Positions 49,941 through 61,290 of a stretch of DNA of 64,000 bases are shown piece after piece. The DNA lies in NCBI RefSeq assembly GCF_030028105.1, contig NC_092382.1, positions 53,085,764-53,149,763 on the forward strand, in the 5' to 3' direction. The position numbers were made by a program, and so were the translations under genes. The notes under the pieces were generated by a model. That model worked only from the letters and a program-made list of their open reading frames with translations. It ran no database searches and was not told where the DNA came from. Origin of the DNA: Mobula birostris (taxonomy: Eukaryota). Each line of letters opens with the position of its first letter. The stretch's first letter is position 1.

Positions 49941-50396
49941 ACCAACCTTACATTTAGAGTTTATATTTAGATATCATCCCCTCACAATGAACATTAATTG
50001 ACATCACGGACCAACCACTGAATGATTCAGATTGATTCCTCAATTCAGTTTTGTCTGGAGTATGTAATATCTGAATACAAACTGCCGCTACTCTCATCAC
50101 CTTTCTAATTGTATAAACAATAATATCCCTCATCGCGTTTGTTTAGAGAGATCCTCCAATTTTCCAGTTGCATGAGTTCAAAATTAACTGAGCCTCTGTC
50201 CCATTAATTATCAAGTGTCTGTTTCTGTAACGCTGTCCTTTTCAACCATTATTCGCTTGTTCTTTGTCCAGGGTCGGTTCTGTGTTGGCACAGCCGAACA
50301 TCTCGTTGACACTGACTAGGATTAGACCAAACACAAACAAGAGGAGCTCTGCAGATTTTAGAAATCCAAAACGCTGGAGGAGTTCTGCAGACCAGG

Positions 50397-52211
50397 CAGC
50401 ATCTATGGAGAAGAGTAAACTGTGGACATCAGCATCTATGGAGAAGAGTAAACTGTGGACATCAGCATCTATGGAGAAGAGTAAACTGTGGACATCAGCA
50501 TCTATGGAGAAGAGTAAACTGTGGACATCAGCATCTATGGAGAAGAGTAAACTGTGGACATCAGCATCTATGGAGAAGAGTAAACTGTGGACATCAGCAT
50601 CTATGGAGAAGAGTAAACTGTGGACATCAGCATCTATGGAGAAGAGTAAACTGTGGACATCAGCATCTATGGAGAAGAGTAAACTGTGGACATCAGCATC
50701 TATGGAGAAGAGTAAACTGTGGACATCAGCATCTATGGAGAAGAGTAAACTGTGGACATCAGCATCTATGGAGAAGAGTAAACTGTGGACATCAGCATCT
50801 ATGGAGAAGAGTAAACTGTGGACATCAGCATCTATGGAGAAGAGTAAACTGTGGACATCAGCATCTATGGAGAAGAGTAAACTGTGGACATCAGCATCTA
50901 TGGAGAAGAGTAAACTGTGGACATCAGCATCTATGGAGAAGAGTAAACTGTGGACATCAGCATCTATGGAGAAGAGTAAACTGTGGACATCAGCATCTAT
51001 GGAGAAGAGTAAACTGTGGACATCAGCATCTATGGAGAAGAGTAAACTGTGGACATCAGCACCTATGGAGAAGAGTAAACTGTGGACATCAGCATCTATG
51101 GAGAAGAGTAAACTGTGGACATCAGCACCTATGGAGAAGAGTAAACTGTGGACATCAGCATCTATGGAGAAGAGTAAACTGTGGACATCAGCACCTATGG
51201 AGAAGAGTAAACTGTGGACATCAGCATCTATGGAGAAGAGTAAACTGTGGACATCAGCACCTATGGAGAAGAGTAAACTGTGGACATCAGCATCTATGGA
51301 GAAGAGTAAACTGTGGACATCAGCACCTATGGAGAAGAGTAAACTGTGGACATCAGCATCTATGGAGAAGAGTAAACTGTGGACATCAGCATCTATGGAG
51401 AAGAGTAAACTGTGGACATCAGCATCTATGGAAAAGAGTAAACTGTGGACATCAGCATCTATGGAGAAGAGTAAACTGTGGACATCAGCATCTATGGAGA
51501 AGAGTAAACTGTGGACATCAGCATCTATGGAAAAGAGTAAACTGTGGACATCAGCATCTATGGAGAAGAGTAAACTGTGGACATCAGCATCTATGGAAAA
51601 GAGTAAACTGTGGACATCAGCATCTATGGAGAAGAGTAAACTGTGGACATCAGCATCTATGGAGAAGAGTAAACTGTGGACATCAGCATCTATGGAAAAG
51701 AGTAAACTGTGGACATCAGCATCTATGGAGAAGAGTAAACTGTGGACATCAGCATCTATGGAGAAGAGTAAACTGTGGACATCAGCATCTATGGAAAAGA
51801 GTAAACTGTGGACATCAGCATCTATGGAAAAGAGTAAACTGTGGACATCAGCATCTATGGAGAAGAGTAAACTGTGGACATCAGCATCTATGGAGAAGAG
51901 TAAACTGTGGACATCAGCATCTATGGAGAAGAGTAAACTGTGGACATCAGCATCTATGGAGAAGAGTAAACTGTGGACATCAGCATCTATGGAGAAGAGT
52001 AAACTGTGGACATCAGCATCTATGGAAAAGAGTAAACTGTGGACATCAGCATCTATGGAAAAGAGTAAACTGTGGACATCAGCATCTATGGAGAAGAGTA
52101 AACTGTGGACATCAGCATCTATGGAAAAGAGTAAACTGTGGACATCAGCATCTATGGAGAAGAGTAAACTGTGGACATCAGCATCTATGGAGAAGAGTAA
52201 ACTGTGGACAT
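50397..52211. repeat. 33-bp tandem array, exactly 55 copies
   Basis: Unit cagcatctatggagaagagtaaactgtggacat; 1815 bp = 55 x 33; only two variant types; embedded in a Penelope terminal sequence. Confidence 0.98.
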
Positions 52212-52224
52212 TTTGGGCAGAATT

Positions 52225-52226
<2 letters not shown>

Positions 52227-52257
<31 letters not shown>
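52227..52257. repeat. (CT)n microsatellite
   Basis: About 15 CT dinucleotides. Confidence 0.9.
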
Positions 52258-52259
<2 letters not shown>

Positions 52260-52999
52260 GTCCTGTTGCCTGAGCTGAAGCTTTTCTCCAGCACTATGTG
52301 TAGGATTAGACCACATCAGTTCCCAGTTTCTTCACTGTGTCTTTTGTTCTGGGTTCACAGCATCTCCTCTTCCACTCAACCACACCTCCCGCCCCCCCCC
52401 CGCCCCAGCAACTCTTTCTCTGAGAGCTAAAATTCTGACACTGAAAGTTAGTTCAAACGGGAAAACAAAAGCAAAAGTAGAGACAGAAGAGAAAAAGATC
52501 GCGAAGGAAAGGACAGGTAATGATGGGAACAGGAGTGCTTGATACCGACGAAATTATACTCCAAAAACAGACAGTTTTGTCAGAATCGGGAAGAAGGGGT
52601 GACAGGTTCGCCTCAGGATTCAATTTCAGTGTGGCGAGGGTGAGATGCAAAGGAGATTTTTCTGGGATGCTGAGGCCACTGGTGCCGTCGGGATCGACTG
52701 TAAATAGCTGTTTTATAACTGTAAGGCAACACACACAAAATGCTGGAGCAACTCAGCAGATAGGGGGCAACTTTGGAAAAAAGTAAACATTCAACTATTC
52801 GGGCCGACAATCTTCACGATTTCGTGTGCGTTCTGTATTTCGAGCATCGACCGAGTTTCTCATGCTTTGTTTGTAACTCTGTTCATCGTATTGTTTCCGT
52901 TTGCTCACAAGTGGGAGTACAGAATAGGGACATGAAAGCAGCTGAATTGTACCACTGCACAGCATTTATTTATATCCGCTGAATGAGTTTCAAAATCCA

Positions 53000-53877
53000 T
53001 TACAGTGGGTATATCACCGCATTCTTGAGGTCCTCTCGGAATTTGCTCTGAGTCAGGGCGTAAATGCACGTGTTGGTGCAGGAACTGATGATCTGAAGCA
53101 TTCCCGATGTCTCTTGTACAATGTAAACAGGATGCATGACAGAATAATAAACAAAACTCATTGAAATCCGTTAATAGATATAAAATACCAAACGTGTTCC
53201 GCACAACAATATGAAACTACCGGTTATGCTGAAGAGCAAAACGATGGATTTGCGTCGGTTCTCCATCTCCCGGTCCTTGTCATTCTCTCCACTCTTTTGT
53301 CCCCGGAGCCTTCTGCGGGCTCGACTGGCCACTAGAATCCGCCTGGCTGTCAGAATATTGAACAACAAAATCAGAAAGAATGGGACACAAGGGGTAAAAA
53401 TGCGGTGAAGCATCTCAAATACCGCCCATGAAGAAGAGTATTTGTAGCTCGATGTAGGAACACAATACCAGGGAACACCATCAATTATTACAAGAGGTTC
53501 AGAAGTAAAGCCCCAAGGGACATTCTCCAAACAGGCCAGCACACTCACTGACCCGATAACCACAGCCGCCGTTCTCTCGGTGCAATATTTTGTTTTTAGC
53601 TTCTCACAGCAAATAGCCACAAATCGATCGACGGTGAAAGCGACAGTTAGCCAGACAGAGGCCGCGGTGCTCGCAAAAATCAACCATCTGGCGAGACTGC
53701 ACACAGGAGTAATGAACAGGAATGATCGGCGAAAGTAAATCCAAGCAGTCCACATCAGCAGCGGTTGCGAGATAACGACCAGGAGATCGGCCGCTGCCAT
53801 TCCCACCAGGTAGCGAGTAACACATTTGGAGAGACCGCACTTTCCACGGGAGAGGATCGCAATCGCCACCAAGTTCG
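53000..53877 (-). pseudogene. GPR139-like GPCR exon 2 with a premature TAA at 53171-53173
   Basis: Acceptor ttccag|CG; [35 protein letters not shown]. After the TAA the frame continues for 56 codons through TM7 (SSCTNTCIY) and helix 8 (KFRE). Confidence 0.9.
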
Positions 53878-54983
53878 CTGGAAGAGAGACAGAAAATAGC
53901 AAATTGAGAAAAAACTGAGCAGAACCCAATGCAGCAGTTTTCGGGGATCATCTAATATTTGGACTTTAATGCTGCATTTAACGGTAGAAAGTTGAAGAGA
54001 GGTCCAAGAGCTGATTGAGTTTATACATTAAAATAAAGCCAAATGATTTGAATTTGGATTCCTTTCTGATGACCAAAATGTGAAGAGGCAGCGGAAAGAT
54101 AAAGCTCGGTAACCTCAGAGTCAGTGCTGGTTGGAACATTTTCTATCGGCTTCATCCGCGTCTGATATGAATGAAATTAATAAATCTGGACGCTGATGGC
54201 GGGATTCTTGCATTAGACAATCATCAACTTCCATGCAACTCCCTGTCAGCGACAGAATAGCCGAAGGACGAAACAGAAACAGGAAATCCTGGAACCACTC
54301 ATCCAGGCAAAATTGAATATGTGGGAAAGCAGTTAGCGTGTATTTTGTTGGAACTGTTTACAGAGAGCCCCTATGACACGACTTTCTCTTTCTATAGATG
54401 CTACTTTGTGCCTCTAGCATTCCCCGTGTTTGTTCCCTATTGCAGCATTTCTCACCTCGCTGATTTTACAACAGAACATTGTCCGAGGCAGCAGTCACAG
54501 CGAGGTCTGATACAGCCTCACAGATATACTCGAAGCCTCCGACTGAATCCATCACAGCGAAGCCGGGGAGAGGGATTCAACGTCCAGTAGCAGACCCGGT
54601 GACGCAGTGGAATGTCTGTAGAGGGGTCAGATGTGGATATGATAGAATACACTTCACAGTATTGATCAGCAGCGACGTCACTGTGTTGTCCAACAACTGT
54701 TTTATTTTCTGTCACACCGCACACATTTACTAAAAATCCTCAAGTTCCATGCTGCAACATGGAACTCATCACATTTCCTAAATCGTTATCACTAATCGAT
54801 GGTTTGATCATTACACGTGGCTCACACGACCGCTGACATACCAATGCAGACCAATTGTTATCATCTCCACAGCAGTATAAACACAATATTGGCAAATGCA
54901 GTGTAGCTGCTTCGAGACCAAAAGCACAGAGACCCGAGCATTACATCATTGAAACACAAACCGCTGGAAGAAATCCGCCTGCC

Positions 54984-55663
54984 CCACTGAGGTCCACCGA
55001 TGATTTCTACAGCGTTTATTTTTAGATCCAGACATCAGAATCCACAGTGGCTGGTTTCGATTCCATTCCGAGAATGCCGAACACCAGGACTGAACATGTG
55101 ACCGTGGAAACCAGCGACAGAAACGATCACTACGTTGGCATTTAACTTCAATTCCCGCCAACGGCAGCTGATAAGGCGGCTTACCGGGAATTCCAAAGGC
55201 TGAAATAAATGGATAGTAAACTTCTCCTATCCGTAAAAGGACTGGATACCCCATTTCAGTAATAATCTGCCAATTGTCTTGCTTCTGAACTCACAGCTCC
55301 TTCAGCAACTCTGAGCTAATGCATTCAAAACGGCTCTGATTTATACAAAGGATCAGTCTCCAGAGATACGGTTATGCCGCTGACGAACTGACAACAGTCA
55401 CTTGAATAAACATGGGAATTGAACACCATTCATTGTCTCTGATGTCAATATTCAGCCGACTGAAGACAAGCACTTCTAAATTCCTAGGCATTACCTCAGC
55501 GGTTACTCACCTCGGGAAAGGAAATCTGCGTGACCCACTGAGGTCTATCGATGAATCCTACAGCGGTTTATTTTTAGATCCAGATTTCAGAATCCACAGA
55601 AGCTGGTTTCGATTCCATTCCGAGAATGCTGAATACCAGGACTGGACATGTGGCAGTGGAAAC
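54984..55663. repeat. Diverged direct repeat of about 128 bp (54984-55110 and 55535-55663)
   Basis: cccactgaggtc...tttatttttagatccaga...gctggtttcgattccattccgagaatgc...gtggaaac occurs twice. Confidence 0.85.
55185..55254 (-). pseudogene. Exon 1 of the minus-strand GPR139-like GPCR
   Basis: MGYPVLLRIGEVYYPFISAFGIP with a phase-1 donor G|GTAAGC, at the same intron position as the intact paralog; TATAAA at 55345-55340. Confidence 0.85.
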
Positions 55664-56962
55664 AACCCTGCTGACTCTCACAGCTATCTGGACTATTCCT
55701 CTTCTCACCCTGTCTCTTCTCGCAATTCCTCCGTCTCCGCCGCATCTCCTCTCAGGATGAGGTTTTTCATTCCAGGACGAAGGAGATGTCCTCCTTTTTT
55801 AAAGAAAGAGGGTTCCCTTCCTCCACCATCAACTCTGCTCTCAAACGCATCTCCCCCATTTCACACACATCTGCTCTCACTCCATCTTCCCTCCACCCAA
55901 CTAGGAATAGGGTTCCCCTGGTCCTTACCTGCCACCCCACCAGCCTCCACGTCCAACATATAATTCTCCGTAACTTCCGCCACCTCCGACGGGATCCCAA
56001 CACTAAGCACATCTTTCCCTCCCCGCCCCGCCCCCGCCTCCACTCTCTGCTTTCTGCAGGGACCGCTCCCTACACGACTCCCTTATCCATTCGTCCCCCC
56101 ACCCCCACCCTGGCCCCCATCCGCCCCCACGATATCCCTCCTGACACTTATCCTTGTAAGCAGAACAAGTGCTACACATGCCCTTACACTTCCTCCCTCA
56201 CTACACTTCAGGGCCCCAGACAGTCCTTCCAGGTGAGGCGACACTTCACCTGTGAGTCGGCTGGGGTCATATACTGCGTCCGGTGCTCCCGATGCGGCCT
56301 TCTATATGTTGGCGAGACCCGACGCAGACTGGGAGATCGTTTCACTGAACACCTGCGCTCTGTCCACCAGAGAAAGCTGGAGTTCCCAGTGGCCACACAT
56401 TTTAATTCCACGTCCCATTCCCATTCTGATATGTCTAACCCCAGCCTCCTCTACTGTAAAGGTGAAGCCATACTCAGGTTGGAGGAACAACACCTTATAT
56501 TTCGTCTGGGTAGCCTCCAACCTGATGGCATGAACATTGACTTCTCAAACTTCTGCTAATCCCCTACTTCTCCCTCGTACCCCGTCCGTTATTTATCTAT
56601 TTATATACACACATTATTTTTCTCTCTCTCTCCTTTTTCCCCCTCTGTCCCTCTCACTATACCTCTTGCCCATCCTCTGGGCTTCCCCCTCCCCCATTTC
56701 TTTCTCCCTAGGCCTCCTGTCCCATGATCCTCTCATATCTGCTTTGCCAATCACCTGTCCAGCTCTTGGCTCCATCCCTCCCCCTCCTGTCTTCTCCTAT
56801 CATTTTGGATCTCCCCCTCCCTCCCCCTCCAACTTTCAAATCTCTTACTCACTCTTCCTTCAGTTAGTCCTGACGAAGGGTCTCGGTCTGAAACGTCGAC
56901 TGTACCTCTTCCTAGAGATGCTGCCTGGCCAGCTGCATTCACCAGCAACTTTGATGTGTGTT
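55664..56962 (+). mobile_element. Penelope-like element: RT C-terminus, GIY-YIG endonuclease and 3' UTR
   Basis: DSHSYLDYSSSHP, FKERGFP, FTCESAGVIYCVRCSRCGLLYVGETRRRLGDRFTEH, VATHFN, EQHLIFRLGSLQPDGMN. Confidence 0.95.
56866..56901 (+). ncRNA. Minimal type I hammerhead ribozyme motif (Penelope)
   Basis: Stem I AGUC/GACU, core CUGACGA, stem II GGG..UCU (with wobble pairs), then GAAAC-GUC; predicted cleavage after 56897. Confidence 0.8.
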
Positions 56963-57127
56963 CTATTGAAAAGAATGTCGGAGTTCTATTGACAAAGACC
57001 GGAAGCAGCCACATTTACAGATTTCAATTTTGTCTTCGCTAATTATCCATTTGTAAACAGAGTTCAACGACACGTCCGACTCCCAACTTCTGTCCCTGCG
57101 GTTTTGCACGTTCAACATCATCCTGGC

Positions 57128-57129
<2 letters not shown>

Positions 57130-57172
<43 letters not shown>

Positions 57173-57180
57173 ACACACAC
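57130..57180. repeat. (CA)n microsatellite
   Basis: About 25 CA units with one interruption. Confidence 0.95.
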
Positions 57181-57419
57181 GGGATGGCAGTGATCCGATG
57201 ATCACGATGCTGATGTACAAAACATGAGATAACCTACAGATGCTGGAAATTCAAGGCAACACACACAAAGTGCTGGCAAAGCTCTGCGGAGAATTTTGAC
57301 ATGTTACTGATGTAACAGGCGTTTAAGAGCATCTCAAACATGCAAGAGATCAAACGAAAATTACAAAGAAATGCTTCGATCGGCAAAGGAATGCGAAGAC
57401 CGCTTAAATATTAAAAACA

Positions 57420-57970
57420 GGACTCTAAATTCTGATTTGATGGAGACGGACGTGAAAGCACAGGGGAACATCTGGAGAAATTTCAGAAGCGCTCGCTCGC
57501 TGCTGTCGTTATGGCGCGGTCGGGAATCTTCCGGAGGGAAGACCTCAAAATCCCCGGCTTTGCCTGCTGTTGGCGACCGAGATTGAGGTCGAATCGTTCG
57601 TACAGAGATTGCACTCAGTACTTGGTGTCCGAGAGCTGATTCGGAGGCTCGAAGCTTTCGGATGACTCAGAGACGGATTGTGATCTGGCATGGCAGGGAG
57701 AGTTTTTCTTCCTTCGCCCGTCTGCGTGAGATGAGGGACATTTGAGAGACTTTGAACTTTTACTGTGCACATGGGCTTCTTCATCAAGTTACAGTATTGT
57801 TGCACTATTGTAACTATATGTTATAATTATGTAGTTTTGTCAGGTTTTTTTTCAGTCTTGGCTTGTCCTGTGTTTTGTGATATCACACCGGAGGAAATAT
57901 TGTACTCATTTCTTAATGCATGCATTACTAAATGACAGTAAAAGAGGACTGCATGTCTTCATAATCTAAT
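57420..57970 (+). mobile_element. Non-autonomous retroposon, copy 2
   Basis: Colinear with 29880-30484; same ctgatttgatggagac start region and cataatctaat end. Confidence 0.7.
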
Positions 57971-58539
57971 AAATTGGGAGGTGAATCGACGCAGGGTAGC
58001 TGAACGTGAATGAAAGAAAGACAAGCATCAGATGCAATGTTATATATGTGTGAAAGAGAGAGAGAGTGTCAGACTGACAGATTGACAATGGCACAGGCTG
58101 CAACGGCCACTTCACAGAACCACATGACATTTACCTCTCCCTCACTGACCGAGTTTCTTCCTCGTACCCACAGGAAAAAACAAACTGCAATCAACTACCA
58201 TATTCCCTCCTGTCGAGGCACCAGATCAGCCGCTCCTGTCTGACACACAAGGTATGTTATAGAGCCCAGAGACAGCAACAGCTCATCAGTTCCACAGTTT
58301 CAGACAGCAGAGATATTCAGATTCAGTCCCACACTGAACCCAAGACCCCGACACAGGTCACCAATACAATGGTTACACTGAACCACAGATGGGTAATATT
58401 CCCATTGTATTCTGTACCAGTATCTTACAGGTAGAGACACAGACCAAGTCCCCAAATACTCACTGGGGCTGGCAGAGTCAGTGTGGATTCAGGGTTGGAC
58501 AAACAGACGTTTAATTGAGAGCTGATGAATGTGGTATTG

Positions 58540-60570
58540 GAAGAACCTAAGAAAGGATCGGATAAGCACATGGGGTTCGGGACACTATGCCTGTGTGAGA
58601 ATTAGTCAGTAGGTGAAGGTCAGATAGAGGAAGTAAATGGAACACGTTCAAAATTTAGGTGACTCAGGGTTTGTGGCTGAGACCCCAGCTGTTCATAGTC
58701 TACATTGGCGATTTGGATGTGAGGACCAACTTTATTATATCCATGTTGGCTGTTGTACAGAGCTGAAAGGCAAGGTTTGAGAAGGACGCAGCGAGAGTTT
58801 GGGGATGCAGGCAGAAGTGACGGAGTGAAGATGTGGCAGACAGACAGAATATGGGGGAATGCGAGGCCATTCATTCCCAGAGGAACAAACTAGAAAATCC
58901 ACATTTACTTGGGGACAGAGTGACCGGTTCATAGGGACCTGACAGTCCTTGTCAACAAATCACTAATAGTTAACATTCAGGTATCACAAATAATTAGGGA
59001 GCCAAATGATATTCTGTGCCGTGATACAGGAGGATTGGAGAAGAGGTATAGAGATGTCTGACTGGGAGGGTCCTACAGGGTGTGGTGAGAATGTACGTTG
59101 AATATTAGTTCCAGGTTTTGCCGCATTTCCTTGGGAAAGTTATCCCTATTGAAGAGAGGGTGCCGAGACTATTCCTCACACTGACAGGTCTCGTTCCTGG
59201 GAGGACACACTTGCTGCGTGCGGGGAGACTGAGTCTGTATTCTCCGGAATTGTGAGGAGAATTGCTGGCTTATTTCAGGTCATTCAGACCAATTGCAGGC
59301 AGAATGTTTCCCCTGAATGATAATTTTAATACCATGTGTCACAGCCCCAGAATGAAGGAACGGATATTCAGGAAGGAGTGGAAAACAAATGTCCTTAATC
59401 AGTGATTCTTTCTCCAGTTAAAACATACAACACTGCAGGAAAGGAGAAGGCTATTTGGTCTGTGATGTTGGGCTGATGTAATTAAGCCTCATTAAACTAA
59501 TCCCTCTGCCTGAATGCACATTGAATATTATTTCCAGGTCTAATCACAGTTCCTCACACTGACTTGACTGCTTCAAGAGATAGCAAGCTGTCTGTCTGAG
59601 GGGAGAGTGAATGAGCTAGGCCTGTATTTTCTGGAATTGTGAGGAGAATTGATGGATTCTTCCAGATAATTCGGACCGATGGCTGGGAGGACGTTTCCCC
59701 TGAATGAGAATTCTATTACCATTGGTCACAGACTCAGAATGAAGGAACTGATATTCAACATGAAGTGGAAAATAAATTTCCCTCATCAGTGATTATTTCT
59801 CCAGTTAGACATTGTAGGACAGGAAGAGACAATCCAGTCTGTGATGTTGGGTTGATATGATTTAGCCGATGATGCCTAATTATACTAATCACCCTGCCTG
59901 CGTGTTGTCTATATCCATCCTTTCTCTGTGTGTTTGTTTGTCTATCACAGAATCTGAAACACACCACTGCTTTCACTACCAAGCTAGAAATACATTCCAG
60001 AAACCGCAACTCTCGGCTTTGTTTTATATTAAACATTTCTCCGCAGACCTCCTTTGAACATTTTCCTCTCTCACCTTAACTGCGTGTCCTCTGTTATACG
60101 GTATTTTGATATTGTGAGAAAGATCACAGTTGCCTACCGCATTTATGACTCTTATAGGCCTCTCTATCTCCCCTTGGTAGCTGCCATTCTGGAAAGAATA
60201 ACACAAGTTCTTGCAAATCCTCCTTATAGATCTCCTCCCTATAAACCTCTTCTTTCCCCTCTCCAAAGCCTTGGCCTCCTTCTTGTAATGGGGTGACTGC
60301 AAACTCCAGATGCAACCTAACCAGAGATTGATAAAGCTGTAACATCACTTCCTTTTATGACAATAATGATCCTCTCAGTTCTCCCCTTGGCTCCCACCAC
60401 TCCGGAAAGAACAATCCAACTTTGTGCAACTCCACCTTCTAGATCTCCTCCTAAAGGTCCTCCTTACAACCTCTTCTATGCCTTTTCCAAATCCTCAGCA
60501 TTCATCTGATATGGAGCGACCGAAACTAAATGCAATACCCCACGTGCAATCTGACCAGAGTTCTATAGAA
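58540..60570. mobile_element. Degenerate CR1 fragments (plus then minus), including an old tandem duplication of about 380 bp
   Basis: 59172-59512 and 59550-59900 are colinear; LQLYQSLVRLHLE on the minus strand at about 60340. Confidence 0.65.
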
Positions 60571-60919
60571 AACCAGAGTTTTCCGGTCAAGAGGAACCTA
60601 CGGGTGGGCTGAGTCTGCGATGTCCCGACAAGCAATAGGTGGGAGAACTGCTGGAGGATGTTTGTTCTGCACCCGGACTGGTGGATACAGTGATCAGCCG
60701 AAGTGAACGGCCACTGCACTTCCTCCCTCGAACACAAGGAGCTGGACTCCCGTCGTGGACTGAGAGGTTTATACACAGAGCCAGACGTAAGATCACCCAC
60801 CTCTCCACCACAGGCCATGGAGAAATCTGTGGGACCACATCGCGATTTCCTCCCCCTATCCAGACAGGTAAATGTGGCAGCCCACACCCCTGTAGCCACG
60901 TCCACCTTGACCTTGGCGG

Positions 60920-61290
60920 AAAGCATCCTGATATCATGGCTTGGTACAGCAAAATACTCCTCCTGTGACTGTGAGAAACTGCAGAGGGTTACGACCACAT
61001 CTCAGCATGTCACGGAAACCAACCTCCCCTCCGTGGACTCTGTCTTCACTTCCCACTGCCTTGTAGAGCAGCCAGTATAATCACTCACCCCGGACATCCT
61101 GTCTCCCCTCTAACCGGACAGAAGATACCAAAGCCTGAAAGCTGACACTGCCAGGCTCATGGACAGTCTGTTATAAGGACAATGATTATGTTTTATAATA
61201 TTGTTATGCGATAAGAATATCCCTACTATAACGAGATGGACTCAACCTCAATATACTGGATTAGCATCTTGCACCTTATTGTCCATCTGG
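60920..61290 (+). mobile_element. Rex/Babar-like LINE 3' fragment
   Basis: ESILISWLG...CEKLQRV; cacccCggaca...gaagatac. Confidence 0.6.

Noticed and set aside
50397-52211. CRISPR array
   Set aside because: Units are head-to-tail with no spacers, there are no cas genes, and the context is eukaryotic.
50264-52273. 669-aa ORF of (SASMEKSKLWT)n as a real repeat protein
   Set aside because: It follows from a stop-free 33-bp unit derived from non-coding Penelope sequence; there is no ATG at the listed start and no gene context.
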